From: Craspedostauros australis
Lineage: Eukaryota
Direction: 5' to 3'
DNA: 44,487 nucleotides
NCBI GenBank assembly: GCA_030167865.1
Contig: JALAGF010003319.1
Span: forward strand, 1 to 44,487
This document shows, in pieces, positions 19,494-30,019 of the stretch; the stretch's first letter is position 1; the number at the start of each line of letters is the position of its first letter. A program made the position numbers and the translations under genes. The notes beneath the pieces were generated by a model that saw only the letters and a list, made by a program, of their open reading frames with translations, was not told the origin of the DNA and did not search any database.

Positions 19494-21965
19494 TCACGAC
19501 GCCGTCGGGATCATGGAATGAAACAGCTGATGCGCCAGCATGCTGAGCGGCTGCCTTGGCATCATGGTCCATCTCGTCTGCTTCTTCTGCTGCTGCTCCG
19601 ACGTCGCAATCCATGACTTGAGTTCCTGCACGACCGCGTCATTGGAGAGACGCCTTGCCCACGTCAAGGGCGTGTAGCCGTTGTTGGCCTCGACCTGCAG
19701 CTTGGCACCGGCCTGCACGAGGATTCGGATGCACTCGACCGAGTTGGCGCCCGCCGCGAAGTGCAGGGCGGTCCAGCCGTTGTCATCGGTGGTATTGACG
19801 CTGCACAATCCGCCATCGAGCGATCGATCGGAAGGATGGATGCCACGGCACAGGAAGTCGAGGATCTGCGTGGCGCCATGCAACGCGGCCGTGTGCAAGG
19901 CGCACGTTTGGGATCCGTCGGTAGGTGAGATGACGAGCTGGTCGACGTCCATCGACTTGGTGAGGTTCTTGACGAGGTGCAGGTTGCCGTCGGATGTGCA
20001 GGCGTCGAGAAGCGCCGACGTGCACCGAATCTGCTCTTCCAAGAAGAGGCTGTTGAAGGCGGACGCTCGTTGTTTGCGCACGATGGAGGACAGATCTTGC
20101 GTGGCCCTGTGCACAGCCCGTGTGTACGCCCCAACGCAGCCGCTGGGATTCTTGCGCGGTTGCGCAGCGTGGGATGTGGTTGGCGCCATGTTGGAATCCA
20201 TCATCTGTTTTTCATTCGGTGTGTTGAGTTGATCGGACGCAGTTTCCTGTTGTTGCGTTTCCGTTTGTGCCTGTGACTCTGATGTCGTCGTTGTCGACGT
20301 CGACGACTTTGTCGTTGCGTTTGTGGACGCCGCTGATCCCGTCGTGTTCGAGGGCATGATGTCCACCGTGTGGTCGTACGGGTTGGGCGTGAGCAAGACA
20401 GTGTCATCCTTCTGTCTTGACTGCTGCTGCTGCTGTTTCTGTCGCTTGGATCGTTTGTGGGAGTTTCCGCCTTGATTCGACCTCCTGTGCAGGTTGCTGC
20501 TGGATGCATGTGCAGAGTCATGTTGCGGAAAGACCCGCGCCAACCCATGCATCATGCTTGAGAAAGATCCGTTGTTATTCTGTGTCTGCGTCGCATTGTG
20601 CTTGGCATGCTCATGTTCCAAGAAATGAATGAGATGGCGCATCGTTGTGGCCATCTGGGTTGGCACGCTCTGGACGCTGCGGGCCATGGACGTGCCGACG
20701 TCGTTTGCGGTGGTGGTGTCATCTTCTTCTTTCTTGCGATTGATACGGCGGGCCGCGCTCATCAAGCTACCCACGAAGCCGACGCCGAACAGCATGTTGG
20801 GGAATTCCGTGGAACCGAAGGAATCCATGTGATGGTAGTGCATGACGTCGGTGGAACCGGATGACGACATGAGCGCAGCGGCGCCCGCGCAGGCTACCAC
20901 GAAGGCGACTGCACCAGCGACGCGTGGTGCTGATGGATCCTTGTGCTGGTGGAAGGGTTCGGACGATCCCATGAGGGACGCCTTGATGACATGGCGGATG
21001 TAGGAAAGGCTATGCGGCAACGGCATGGGTTGCAGGGAGTCGTTGGACTGTAGGAATTCATCGACGACGGCCTGGGCGGCCTGCTGATCGACGGACGCCA
21101 ACCGAGAGAGGTAGGACGTGCCATCGATGGTCGCGAGGAAGTCGTCCTCTTCTTCGTTGTTTTCATGTTCGTTGTTGTTGTGCTGCGGATGATGATGATG
21201 GCGATCCACCAACAAGGACCGCTGCAGCTGCAACTGCAGATAGTAGAAGACTTCAAAGTTGGGCCTCCTCGCCGTTTCCGAGAAGGACGTCAGCGACGGC
21301 GCATCGAGGTAGGTGAAGACGGTCATGAGGATATCGTGATACAGGATGGCGTCGGTGGGCTGCCACAATCCTGGTGCGGAAGCCGATGACACGGCCGAGA
21401 ATGTGCTCATGTCATCGTCGTTGTTGTCTTTCTCGTCTTCGTCGCCGAAAAAGAAGTTGCCTTGTGCGTTGCCTTGAGCAGTGTCATGATGGTTGCTGCC
21501 ACCGCCAAGTCCGCAGCTGCTGTTGTTGATGTTATTGATGTTATCCGCATGTCCGGACGATTCCGTGTTGTTTCGCAAGGCAATGATCAAGCTCTCAAAG
21601 CTGGCCGTGCTGCCGCACCCGCCGCGCAGCTGATCATGAGCGGAGAAGAAGTGCTGCTCCTGCTGATCCAGAGGACCCGAATCGCCCGCCAACGACCCTG
21701 TGGAGAAGTAGCAGGATGACACGCGACGCATCCCGAGGGAGACGGCAGGATGGAGCTGCGGCATGACCGGTGGCAGGTACTCGTCTTGATCGCCATGGTC
21801 GCCGTTGTTGACGTTGCTGTTGCCACCGTTCTCTGCCATGTGCTCTGCGCCTCCAAGATCGTTCTGCGATGCACCATGCGATACATCATGCGATACATCA
21901 TGCGCGGAAATGGATTCCGTGGGATGCGGTCCTTCTCCCCGCGCTGGATGAGCCTCGTCGGTCAT
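19494..21965 (-). CDS. F-box-like plus C-terminal ankyrin-repeat protein with a central hydrophobic segment (~823 aa)
   Basis: F-box-like LYHDILMTVFTYLDAPSLTSFSETAR. Ankyrin repeats CALHTAALHGATQILDFL, GWTALHFAAGANSVECIRILVQAGA, GYTPLTWA. Hydrophobic VAGAVAFVVACAGAAAL. Confidence 0.85.
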   Translation of the reverse strand: MTDEAHPARGEGPHPTESISAHDVSHDVSHGASQNDLGGAEHMAENGGNSNVNNGDHGDQDEYLPPVMPQLHPAVSLGMRRVSSCYFSTGSLAGDSGPLDQQEQHFFSAHDQLRGGCGSTASFESLIIALRNNTESSGHADNINNINNSSCGLGGGSNHHDTAQGNAQGNFFFGDEDEKDNNDDDMSTFSAVSSASAPGLWQPTDAILYHDILMTVFTYLDAPSLTSFSETARRPNFEVFYYLQLQLQRSLLVDRHHHHPQHNNNEHENNEEEDDFLATIDGTSYLSRLASVDQQAAQAVVDEFLQSNDSLQPMPLPHSLSYIRHVIKASLMGSSEPFHQHKDPSAPRVAGAVAFVVACAGAAALMSSSGSTDVMHYHHMDSFGSTEFPNMLFGVGFVGSLMSAARRINRKKEEDDTTTANDVGTSMARSVQSVPTQMATTMRHLIHFLEHEHAKHNATQTQNNNGSFSSMMHGLARVFPQHDSAHASSSNLHRRSNQGGNSHKRSKRQKQQQQQSRQKDDTVLLTPNPYDHTVDIMPSNTTGSAASTNATTKSSTSTTTTSESQAQTETQQQETASDQLNTPNEKQMMDSNMAPTTSHAAQPRKNPSGCVGAYTRAVHRATQDLSSIVRKQRASAFNSLFLEEQIRCTSALLDACTSDGNLHLVKNLTKSMDVDQLVISPTDGSQTCALHTAALHGATQILDFLCRGIHPSDRSLDGGLCSVNTTDDNGWTALHFAAGANSVECIRILVQAGAKLQVEANNGYTPLTWARRLSNDAVVQELKSWIATSEQQQKKQTRWTMMPRQPLSMLAHQLFHSMIPTAS

Positions 21966-22665
21966 GGTTGCTTCTGCTCTTATGTTCTCTCTTCGGTGGG
22001 ATGTTCGACACTCTCGAGGTCGTATTGGTATTGCGCAATGCTCTCTTTGTGAATCAATCAACAACAACACCGATTGCTGTCGTCCTGTGTCTGATCTGTT
22101 CTATTTCTATGTACTCGCGCCACCTCTTGCTATGATGAAGAGTCACGATTCGATGGACGATGGAATCAAGCAGAAAGAGGAAGAGAAACATGGTGTTGCG
22201 GTCATACACGTATCAGCACAGCGAGGCAGTATGGATCGTGGAAGCAACGGCCTCTTTCTCCTTCCGCGTCTTTGTCGCTGAATCTCACCGCATCTCTTCT
22301 CACCATTTCATGGGGAGAAACAGATGGCTTTTCGTCTTGCTCACGCGAAAGAGAACGTGGAACGCTTCGTCAGCGTCACCACGAGTTCTCTCCGCGCTTT
22401 GCGAGGTCTGTTTCTCGGAATTGGCGCGCAAATGACACACGTCACACAACCAACGCGTGTCATCATTTTTTGTCATTCTCTTTTTGCATCGCGGTTGCGT
22501 GTCGCGCGAAAACACACATCATCGTCATTCTCCTTGCGATCATGATCGGTGGTCGGCGAAGGATCTTTGTACAGCTGCCGCATGTCAAGGAGGAGGTGGC
22601 GGTTTGGATACACTTCTCTGTCCAGCGTCGTTTCCTGAACAGGCGACCCTCAATGATGACAAGGG

Positions 22666-24018
22666 ATGAGTGCACCAAGAGCAATGTCAACATCGACAAC
22701 ATCGACAGCAAGGATGACACAATCCGCAAGACGGACTGCGAGTACAAGTACAAACAGAAGAAGAAGAAGAAGAAGAAGAAGAAGAAGAAGAAGAAGACCC
22801 TTCGTGTCATTGGTTGTTGCCGTCATCGCAGTGATCGCAACCACATCGGCGCCAGCAACATTGGCATCAGCTTTCGTTTGCCATCCACAATTGCCCTCTG
22901 CATTCGCAGCACAGCACAAGCACACGTGCAGCATACCACCAATCTTCGCAACCGCAAGCGCAACCACAAGATATGGATCAGCAGCGGACGCCCCACGCTC
23001 CCAAAGCTTCCAACGATCCATCGACAAATGCAAGCATGCCTTGCAAACATTCGCCGCGCAACCCAATGCCACCCTCATCGTCGATGGCAACAACGTGCGT
23101 GGCATTGGCAGATTCGAATGCTGTCCCGTTCAGCTCATGCAGCAGGTTGCGTCCTTCTGCCATGCCTACAACATTCCCAACCATGTCGTGGTTTGGGATC
23201 ATGGTTCGGCGCCGGCGGTTGTGCCACATAACGACGTCCATCAGAGCGTCTGCATCTTTTCAGGATTATCGCAACGCGCGGATGATGTCATGGTGCGAGA
23301 AGCACGCAGTATCCAACATTGTGCATGTTCTCACGACCATGGCCATCACACTAATGATGCGACAAATGATGGTATGCAAACATCAACCTCAACGTCAACG
23401 TCAACATTGAAGGAAGAAATAGACTATGGCAACCTCTGCTTCATCACAAACGACAATGGTTTGCAAGCACGGTTGCGCAAACTCAATTCCAATTCCAAAG
23501 CGGCCAAACAATGGAAGAATGGACAGCAATTGAGCCCGCAATCCATACCAAGCGGTATCCCGCCGTTGATTGTGGATTCCACACGGTTCCTCGAAGTCGC
23601 GCGAGAACTCGATGCCGCCACACAGCAAAGCGACTGCGACCACGTCCATCAATCTGTGCAACAAGCGCAACGGCGTCTGCGTCAATTTGCACGAAGCCAA
23701 AAGGTCAAATTCAATCCAAGGCGTGAAAAGACATGGCAACGATGCGTCCTGGCGCAGGCTATGATGCATGGGTATCAGCAGCAGCAGCAGCAGCAGCAAC
23801 AACAACAACAACAACAGCTTCAAAGTGATAATGATGATGATGGTTTTGCCGCACGCTACGCACGATCGCGGCAGCCTGAATCGATTCGAGGAAATCATGA
23901 CGGCGAAGTCATCGGATCCTTCCGTTTGGATAGACGACAGAAGCGAGTGCTATCGAGGTACAATCGGGCACTGCTCAGCGGGCAGCTGGACGATGATGCA
24001 ATGTCATCTTTACATTGA
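22666..24018 (+). CDS. YacP/Rae1-like NYN-domain ribonuclease, probably plastid-targeted
   Basis: Four acidic NYN motifs in YacP order: LIVDGNN, VVVWDHG, IFS....RADD, FITND. N-terminus has hydrophobic PFVSLVVAVIAVIA followed by TLASA|FV. Confidence 0.78.
   Translation: MSAPRAMSTSTTSTARMTQSARRTASTSTNRRRRRRRRRRRRRRPFVSLVVAVIAVIATTSAPATLASAFVCHPQLPSAFAAQHKHTCSIPPIFATASATTRYGSAADAPRSQSFQRSIDKCKHALQTFAAQPNATLIVDGNNVRGIGRFECCPVQLMQQVASFCHAYNIPNHVVVWDHGSAPAVVPHNDVHQSVCIFSGLSQRADDVMVREARSIQHCACSHDHGHHTNDATNDGMQTSTSTSTSTLKEEIDYGNLCFITNDNGLQARLRKLNSNSKAAKQWKNGQQLSPQSIPSGIPPLIVDSTRFLEVARELDAATQQSDCDHVHQSVQQAQRRLRQFARSQKVKFNPRREKTWQRCVLAQAMMHGYQQQQQQQQQQQQQQLQSDNDDDGFAARYARSRQPESIRGNHDGEVIGSFRLDRRQKRVLSRYNRALLSGQLDDDAMSSLH
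22756..22797. repeat. (AGA)14 trinucleotide repeat encoding poly-Arg in the NYN presequence
   Basis: Read directly from the sequence. Confidence 0.97.
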
Positions 24019-24143
24019 CGGCAATGTGAAGAATACTCCGACAGCGCAACTAGCATGGATTGGTGATGGAATAGAACAGCCGAAGAGTAGCTCGCAATCC
24101 TGTTTCCCATACCTTGTGCTGCTCTGCCCTGCTCCACGCTACG

Positions 24144-27100
24144 CTACCGTTTCTTGCCCCGCTTCTTCTTTTTCCTCTTGTTCTGTGAGCCATCGTCACT
24201 ACCAGCATTGGATCCCGATGCATCGGTCTCCTTTTGTCGTCGCTGTTGCTTGTTCGTTTGTCGTGTCGCCACGGCCGCCATGGGATTCTCGGGCCACGGA
24301 TGTTTCACGTATTTGCCTCTCATCTCCGACCGCACAGACGGATACGCTTCCTTCCAAAAGAACTCCAAATCCTGCGTCTGCGCCAATGGTTTGCCAGCCG
24401 GCGACAGCAAACTCAGCGTGACAGGCCGCGTGTTGTGCGGTGGACCAATACACGGGGATTGCACGGTGCCAAAGAACTGTTGCAGCTTGCCACTGGCCGT
24501 GGGCACATCCGTCGTGTACGCAATGGAGATCGCGGTTCCGTCGGGTGCCGCGATGCGTTGCGGGAAGTGATTGTCCAGTTCTTGACGCTGTTGTGGCGAC
24601 AGCTCTGCTTGCAAGATATCGAGCAAGTTCACGTGCTTTAAACTGCCTGCCGCGGGTAACCATGGCTCGATCAGTTGCTCCAGAAGATGTTGCTCGTCGA
24701 CAGTTGCAGAACCCAGGCGGTCGGACTTGAGCGCATCGAAGCACCGTGGCCATGTGATGTCGCCGTTATCGTCGCCGAGAGTCTGTGCCCAACCAACGCG
24801 GGCGCACAGATCATCGATACTTTTGCGTCTGTCACCAGAAAGGTTCCTGACCAGGCTGGCATGGACCCCACCTTGCTGACGGATAACATCCAGCAGTACT
24901 TTCGCCACGGTGTCAGCTGGCGGTGATGGCAACGGCGTCGAGCTCAACTCCAACGACCCTACCATCATGGAAGAACGAGCTCGGACCTCATGCCCACGGC
25001 TAGGGACCGTGAACGTGACCGTGCGTTCTTTGGCGACGCTCTGCAACAATTCCTTATCGATGGGTGCGAAGGATCGAATGCGAGCGATTCCATCATCACC
25101 GGTTGATGTCTCCAGGATGACGGCAAACTCCGGACCGTCCTGAGTATCGTCCAACCGAACGGATCGTCCCAGGGAAAGCATGTAGATTGACCCACCGTAA
25201 GATGCGTCCTTCTTGCGTTCGCCGATGAGATCGACGTAACCTGGCAGCAAACTGCGACCGATGCATGATACCACATCATTTGTGGCGATTTGACTAGTCT
25301 GAAGCATCTGCATCGCGTCAGCGGCTTCCTTGCTGATTCGAGCTGCAAACTGCATCATCGCTCTGCGGGCATTTTTGCTGGCGTTGCTGTTTCCGCTTCT
25401 CGGGCCATTCTTCTTCAACATCTCGAGCGCTCGTTGTGTCAGATCTGGTATGGCTTTCAAAGCACGATGCGCGCCCACTTCGTCATCCAGCATAAATGCG
25501 GAGATGACTGCCGCAGCCAGTAGTGTTTGATCGGTGGAGGCCTTGACGATGGTGGTGGCAATTCTGGGATGCGCCGGGATCTTGGTCACGGCACGCCCCT
25601 GTTGCGTCAACGCCAGTTTGCGTGAATGATCATCGCTGTCATCCGATTCCAAGCATTCCAGATCCTTCAGAATATGCACGGACTTCATCAGCAACGCCTC
25701 GTCCGGTGGATCCACAAAGGCCATGTCGTTCAGGATCTCATCGACGTTCGAGCACCCCCATTCGGCAAGCGTCAGCACGGTGTCTGACAGATCGGTATTC
25801 AAGATCTCAGCTGGCGTCTGATCGACAAAGTTCTGTTCAAACTCCACCTCGTTGTACAAACGCAAGCACAGACCTGCTTGGGTGCGTCCCGCACGTCCAG
25901 CACGCTGGATGGCGGATGCTTGTGAGCATCGCGTCGTCACCAAACGCGGCATGCCCGTGTCGGCATCGCAACGTGCTTCACGTCTCAGACCTGAATCCAC
26001 AACGCAAGTGATGCCCTCGATGGTCAGCGATGCTTCCGCGATCGGCGTGGCGACCACGATCCTCCGTCGTCGCTGTGGTTGCTGCTGTTGCTGTTGTTGT
26101 TGTTTGGATGATGTGGATGATGACTTATTCAAGTTGGGAAAGATGGCGTAATCCTGCTGATCCTTGGGCAACGCACCATAGAGGGGGAGTATTTCCATGT
26201 CCTCCAATGCGCCGTTGCTAGATTGCTCGAGTTGCTGAATGACGCGGCGGATCTCTGCCACGCCGGGCAAGAAAACCAGAATACTACCTTGATTCGGTGC
26301 AACCGTTGTCGCTTCCTCAATTGCTTTGCACATGAGACTGACCAACTGCTTGCGATCCTTCATGACGACGCTGAACGGCAGCATGTGTCCGGATGATTGC
26401 AGCGACCTCACCTCGTTGCCCCATCGCACCGTGATGGGGTACTGCCTACCGGCACTTTTGAGGATGTTGCATCGTTCATGACCGCCGAGCGTATTGACAA
26501 GCTTGTCGCCGAAGCTGTTGAGTGCTGGCACTGGTGCTGATGCTTCCGATGATTGGGTTGCATCGTCGTCTTCGTCGTCAGATCCATCCGCGTTGCCCAG
26601 CAACGTCGCGGACATGACGATCATCTTGAGATCGGGACGCAACAAATTCTGACACTCGCGGCTCAGCGCCAGGATGGTATCCGATCCCACGCCACGTTCA
26701 TGAAATTCATCCAGCACAATCATGTCGATGCCCTTCAATTCCGGATCGGTGCGCAGCCGATTCAACAGAACGCCATCCGTCACGACCGTGATTCTCGTGG
26801 CGGCCGACGTGCGCGCTTCGCCTCGGATGGCGTAGCCGACGGTGGTTCCGACCGACTCGCCCAACAACGCGGACATGCGGTAGGCCGCCGATCGCGCCGC
26901 GACGCGACGCGGTTCGATCATCCAGATGCGACGTGGCGACGACTCGTGGATCCAACTGTGCAGGACAGCGAGCGGGATCATGGTGGTTTTACCCGCACCC
27001 GGCGGCGCCTCCAGAACGATGTTGTGATGCGCATCCGAAAGCACTTCTTGTTGCAGCTGCGGAATGATCTGGAAGATTGGAAGCGCCGCATCTGCTTCTT

Positions 27101-27347
27101 GTGCTTCGGCCGTTGCGTCCAATCCCTGCGATATCAAATCGGTCAACCTCTGATCCAAATTGCCTGTATTTAGAGTTGCGCACCGAGCAGACCACGAGTT
27201 GTGTCGCGGACTGGCAGCAGACGATGATAACGCCCGCCTTGAACGCAGTGGCGGATATGCCTGGGGAGGTTGCATTAGTTGGGGGGTGAAGGCGGACGAG
27301 GCCCGTAACGAGCTCAATGTCACGAGGACGAAGACCAGATGTTCCAT
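24144..27347 (-). CDS. hrpB: Bacterial-type ATP-dependent DEAH RNA helicase HrpB, plastid-targeted (alternative start 27383)
   Basis: APPGAGKTT, EPRRVAAR, VGYAIRGE, DEFHER, MSAT, FLPG, VVDSG, QRAGRAGR, and the HrpB C-terminal signature LLSPAGKPLAQTQDLEFFWKEAYPSVRSEMRGKYVKHPWPENP. Presequence MEHLVFVLVTLSSLRASSA|FTP. Confidence 0.93.
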   Translation of the reverse strand: MEHLVFVLVTLSSLRASSAFTPQLMQPPQAYPPLRSRRALSSSAASPRHNSWSARCATLNTGNLDQRLTDLISQGLDATAEAQEADAALPIFQIIPQLQQEVLSDAHHNIVLEAPPGAGKTTMIPLAVLHSWIHESSPRRIWMIEPRRVAARSAAYRMSALLGESVGTTVGYAIRGEARTSAATRITVVTDGVLLNRLRTDPELKGIDMIVLDEFHERGVGSDTILALSRECQNLLRPDLKMIVMSATLLGNADGSDDEDDDATQSSEASAPVPALNSFGDKLVNTLGGHERCNILKSAGRQYPITVRWGNEVRSLQSSGHMLPFSVVMKDRKQLVSLMCKAIEEATTVAPNQGSILVFLPGVAEIRRVIQQLEQSSNGALEDMEILPLYGALPKDQQDYAIFPNLNKSSSTSSKQQQQQQQQPQRRRRIVVATPIAEASLTIEGITCVVDSGLRREARCDADTGMPRLVTTRCSQASAIQRAGRAGRTQAGLCLRLYNEVEFEQNFVDQTPAEILNTDLSDTVLTLAEWGCSNVDEILNDMAFVDPPDEALLMKSVHILKDLECLESDDSDDHSRKLALTQQGRAVTKIPAHPRIATTIVKASTDQTLLAAAVISAFMLDDEVGAHRALKAIPDLTQRALEMLKKNGPRSGNSNASKNARRAMMQFAARISKEAADAMQMLQTSQIATNDVVSCIGRSLLPGYVDLIGERKKDASYGGSIYMLSLGRSVRLDDTQDGPEFAVILETSTGDDGIARIRSFAPIDKELLQSVAKERTVTFTVPSRGHEVRARSSMMVGSLELSSTPLPSPPADTVAKVLLDVIRQQGGVHASLVRNLSGDRRKSIDDLCARVGWAQTLGDDNGDITWPRCFDALKSDRLGSATVDEQHLLEQLIEPWLPAAGSLKHVNLLDILQAELSPQQRQELDNHFPQRIAAPDGTAISIAYTTDVPTASGKLQQFFGTVQSPCIGPPHNTRPVTLSLLSPAGKPLAQTQDLEFFWKEAYPSVRSEMRGKYVKHPWPENPMAAVATRQTNKQQRRQKETDASGSNAGSDDGSQNKRKKKKRGKKR

Positions 27348-27834
27348 CGCCACAGTGTAGAGCTGGAATCTGCGAGACTTCATGATATTGTGTATCGTAT
27401 TATACAGTAGGATATTATTCATGGTTATTGCTGCACCGAATCGCAGCAGTCTCGACGATGAATGACACGCTGTGTCGTTGTGGATCTGGTGTGGACGTGG
27501 GCGATGTTGTCGGCAGTGTTTTGGGTTGGATTTTGGCGCCAAAAATTGATTGACGGATTGGTGGGACTACCGTCTGTCCTTCTGTCACTAGACTACTTCA
27601 GTCAATGTAGATGGTAACATGTGTCTCAACGACGGGTTCGACAAGCAACAATCGCAACACAACCGCGTGATCATTATTTGCCGATGATGATTGCTGCACT
27701 ATTATTGAATCTGATCTATCCCCTCCCTTCCCTTCCCTTCCCTTGACGCTTTAGATTCTCCCTTCCCTGAATGATGCCTAAGCTGCATCCTCACTGTTGT
27801 TGCTGGTAGCGGTGCTCCGATTTGATTGCATTGC

Positions 27835-29292
27835 TCAGGCTTCACGTCTCCACTGGTATTGCACTTCGGGCGCCGTCGTGCTGCTGCGACGCGACGTGCC
27901 CGTCTTCGACGCACGCATTCGACGATGCGAAGAATTCTCCATCGTCGAGGGCGTGCTGGTGCTGCGCGTAGGCCGTCCCTGCATGCGACGTTGCCTCACG
28001 CGACCACCCGATTTGACCATGCCCTTGACGTGATGCTTGCCCTCCTGCAACCGCTTCGTGGCCATGGCCAACGTCTCCTTGTTGACGTGATCCGATTGTT
28101 CGACGGGCAGTTTGCGCAAGGCGACCTTGTCCGTCGCAGACGATCGGCTTTGACGACGCCACGTGACGACGTTGCTGCTGCGGGCGTTTTGCGAACGTCG
28201 GCGCATGTTTTTGTGAGGCGATTTTGAATTGCCCGGGGATGGTCTGGTGCCGTTCGTGTTGGAACGAGGAGAAGGCGAAGGCGGTGGCGCCTCGGCGTCG
28301 TTCGTGTCATGATCATTGCCATCGACCTTGGCATCCTCGACGGCACTCTTGACATCTGCTTCTTCGGTGTCCAACGCCGCATCCGCCTCGTCGTTATTCC
28401 TCGCGCGATTGCCTCCCCTGCGGCGGCGTCGCGACAAGCTTCGTCTGCGATGCGAGGATGCATTGCGCGACGTGGAAGCACGTGCCGAGCGGCGGCTGCG
28501 ACTCGATGAACGCTGATGAGTAGATCCATCGGTGGACATCAACGTATTTCTCTTCGTCGATCCTCTGCGAGGACGGCTGCTCTTGTTGTTGCCTTCTGTC
28601 GTCTCCGTGGCGTCGTCGCCATCGACGTGGTTGCCGCTGCCGCCGCTGTCAGTGGATTTGATCGATATGCTGCGACGCGCTCGTCTGCCGGATCTGCTGT
28701 GGGAGCGCGATGAGCTCGCCGCCGATGATGTGGAGGTGTTTCGATTGGGTCTCGACCGCACCGATCGTCTCGTGGATGGCCTTCGGCGAGAATTGCCACC
28801 ACCTGAATGCCCGTTGGTTGGGTCCTTCTCTTTATCAGCATCCTTCACATCCATCTCTCCTTGGCAATCCTCTTCGTAGTCTTCACCAAACTCGCCCTTT
28901 GCTCGTGCGTTGTCTCCATCAGCATCAGCATTAGCATTTTCATGGCCATTGATATTGCTGTTGCTATTGCTGTTGCTAGTGCCATTATTGTTATCACCAT
29001 CATGATTGCCATCACCGCCGTCATCGTAGTCGTTGCCATGATCCATCATGGTTGGAGGCAGCATGGCCTTGGGATTGAACTCAGGGATCATGAGGCTGGC
29101 ATTCTGATGCTCGAAGGACCGCACATCCATGCCTTTCTTCGACGGCGAAGACGATGAGACGCTTCTGTTCTTCCTGCCACTCTTCGTATCCACCACATCG
29201 TCATTGTCAATGTCAATGTCGAGGTCCTCATCGCCATCATCGCCATCATCGAGGTCCTCCTTCTCAGCCAGCTGACCGTACTTCTTCAACAT
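27835..29292 (-). CDS. Intrinsically disordered protein with an Asp-rich N-half and Ser/Arg-rich C-half, function unknown
   Basis: 485-aa ATG-initiated ORF with coding-like composition; no recognised domain; 3' end uncertain. Confidence 0.65.
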   Translation of the reverse strand: MLKKYGQLAEKEDLDDGDDGDEDLDIDIDNDDVVDTKSGRKNRSVSSSSPSKKGMDVRSFEHQNASLMIPEFNPKAMLPPTMMDHGNDYDDGGDGNHDGDNNNGTSNSNSNSNINGHENANADADGDNARAKGEFGEDYEEDCQGEMDVKDADKEKDPTNGHSGGGNSRRRPSTRRSVRSRPNRNTSTSSAASSSRSHSRSGRRARRSISIKSTDSGGSGNHVDGDDATETTEGNNKSSRPRRGSTKRNTLMSTDGSTHQRSSSRSRRSARASTSRNASSHRRRSLSRRRRRGGNRARNNDEADAALDTEEADVKSAVEDAKVDGNDHDTNDAEAPPPSPSPRSNTNGTRPSPGNSKSPHKNMRRRSQNARSSNVVTWRRQSRSSATDKVALRKLPVEQSDHVNKETLAMATKRLQEGKHHVKGMVKSGGRVRQRRMQGRPTRSTSTPSTMENSSHRRMRASKTGTSRRSSTTAPEVQYQWRREA

Positions 29293-30019
29293 GATGTTCG
29301 TAGTGGTGGTGTTCCTTGTTCTCTCTATGGCCCGTCAAATATTTGTCTTTGTGTTGTGAATTCCTTGCGATAGTCTTGATTTGTGGCACCAGATGCAAGA
29401 GCACAACTCAACGAGGATGTTGCCGAAGATTGCTGTCTTGTTGCGGCCCTTGTGGTTGTGCTACGATCACTGCATTCGGTGTTATACTTGCCACAGAGCA
29501 CTACTTTTACTACGTTGTAGTCCTCTTGGTGTGCTGCCCCTCCAGTTGTTGCCGGGTATCAACACTTTGATCCTTCCGGATGTTGTTCTGCCGTCCTGTG
29601 TTGCGCACACTGTCGTGTCTCTGGACGCGCTGTTGGCGCCATGAGATTTCGCACTTTTTGGTGGTGGAACAGATTGTGATGGTCATTCAAATGTGATTTC
29701 TTGTTGGTCCCATTTCTGTCACTCTCACGATTACGTGGAACATGCGCACATGTTCTTCATGAGTGCTGGTAAGACTCACAAGGCTTCACGTTCGACTGCA
29801 ATTCAAAATCGCCGCTGCTTCCTGAATGATGTCGAACACGCAACAGTCTGGCTTGCATCCGTTTCATGATTGTGCAGCACGGAAAATGATTGTCCTCGCA
29901 CCGGCGACTAAAGTCTACTTTGCACACGTAGACGTATATTCAGAGAGAGAGAGAGAGATCATTGTATAGTAGAGCGACCGTCAACCTGGATGAACCGAGG
30001 ATCGATTATGTTTGTCCAA

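Noticed and set aside
22272..23231. 319-aa ORF with poly-Lys
   Set aside because: Alternative frame of the AAG repeat; the overlapping frame carries the NYN motifs.
27348..27542. Longer N-terminus for HrpB from the ORF track
   Set aside because: Begins at a non-ATG codon; the signal peptide fits a start at 27347 or 27383.
27600..27660. tRNA suggested by GGTTCGA
   Set aside because: No cloverleaf stems or A-box.
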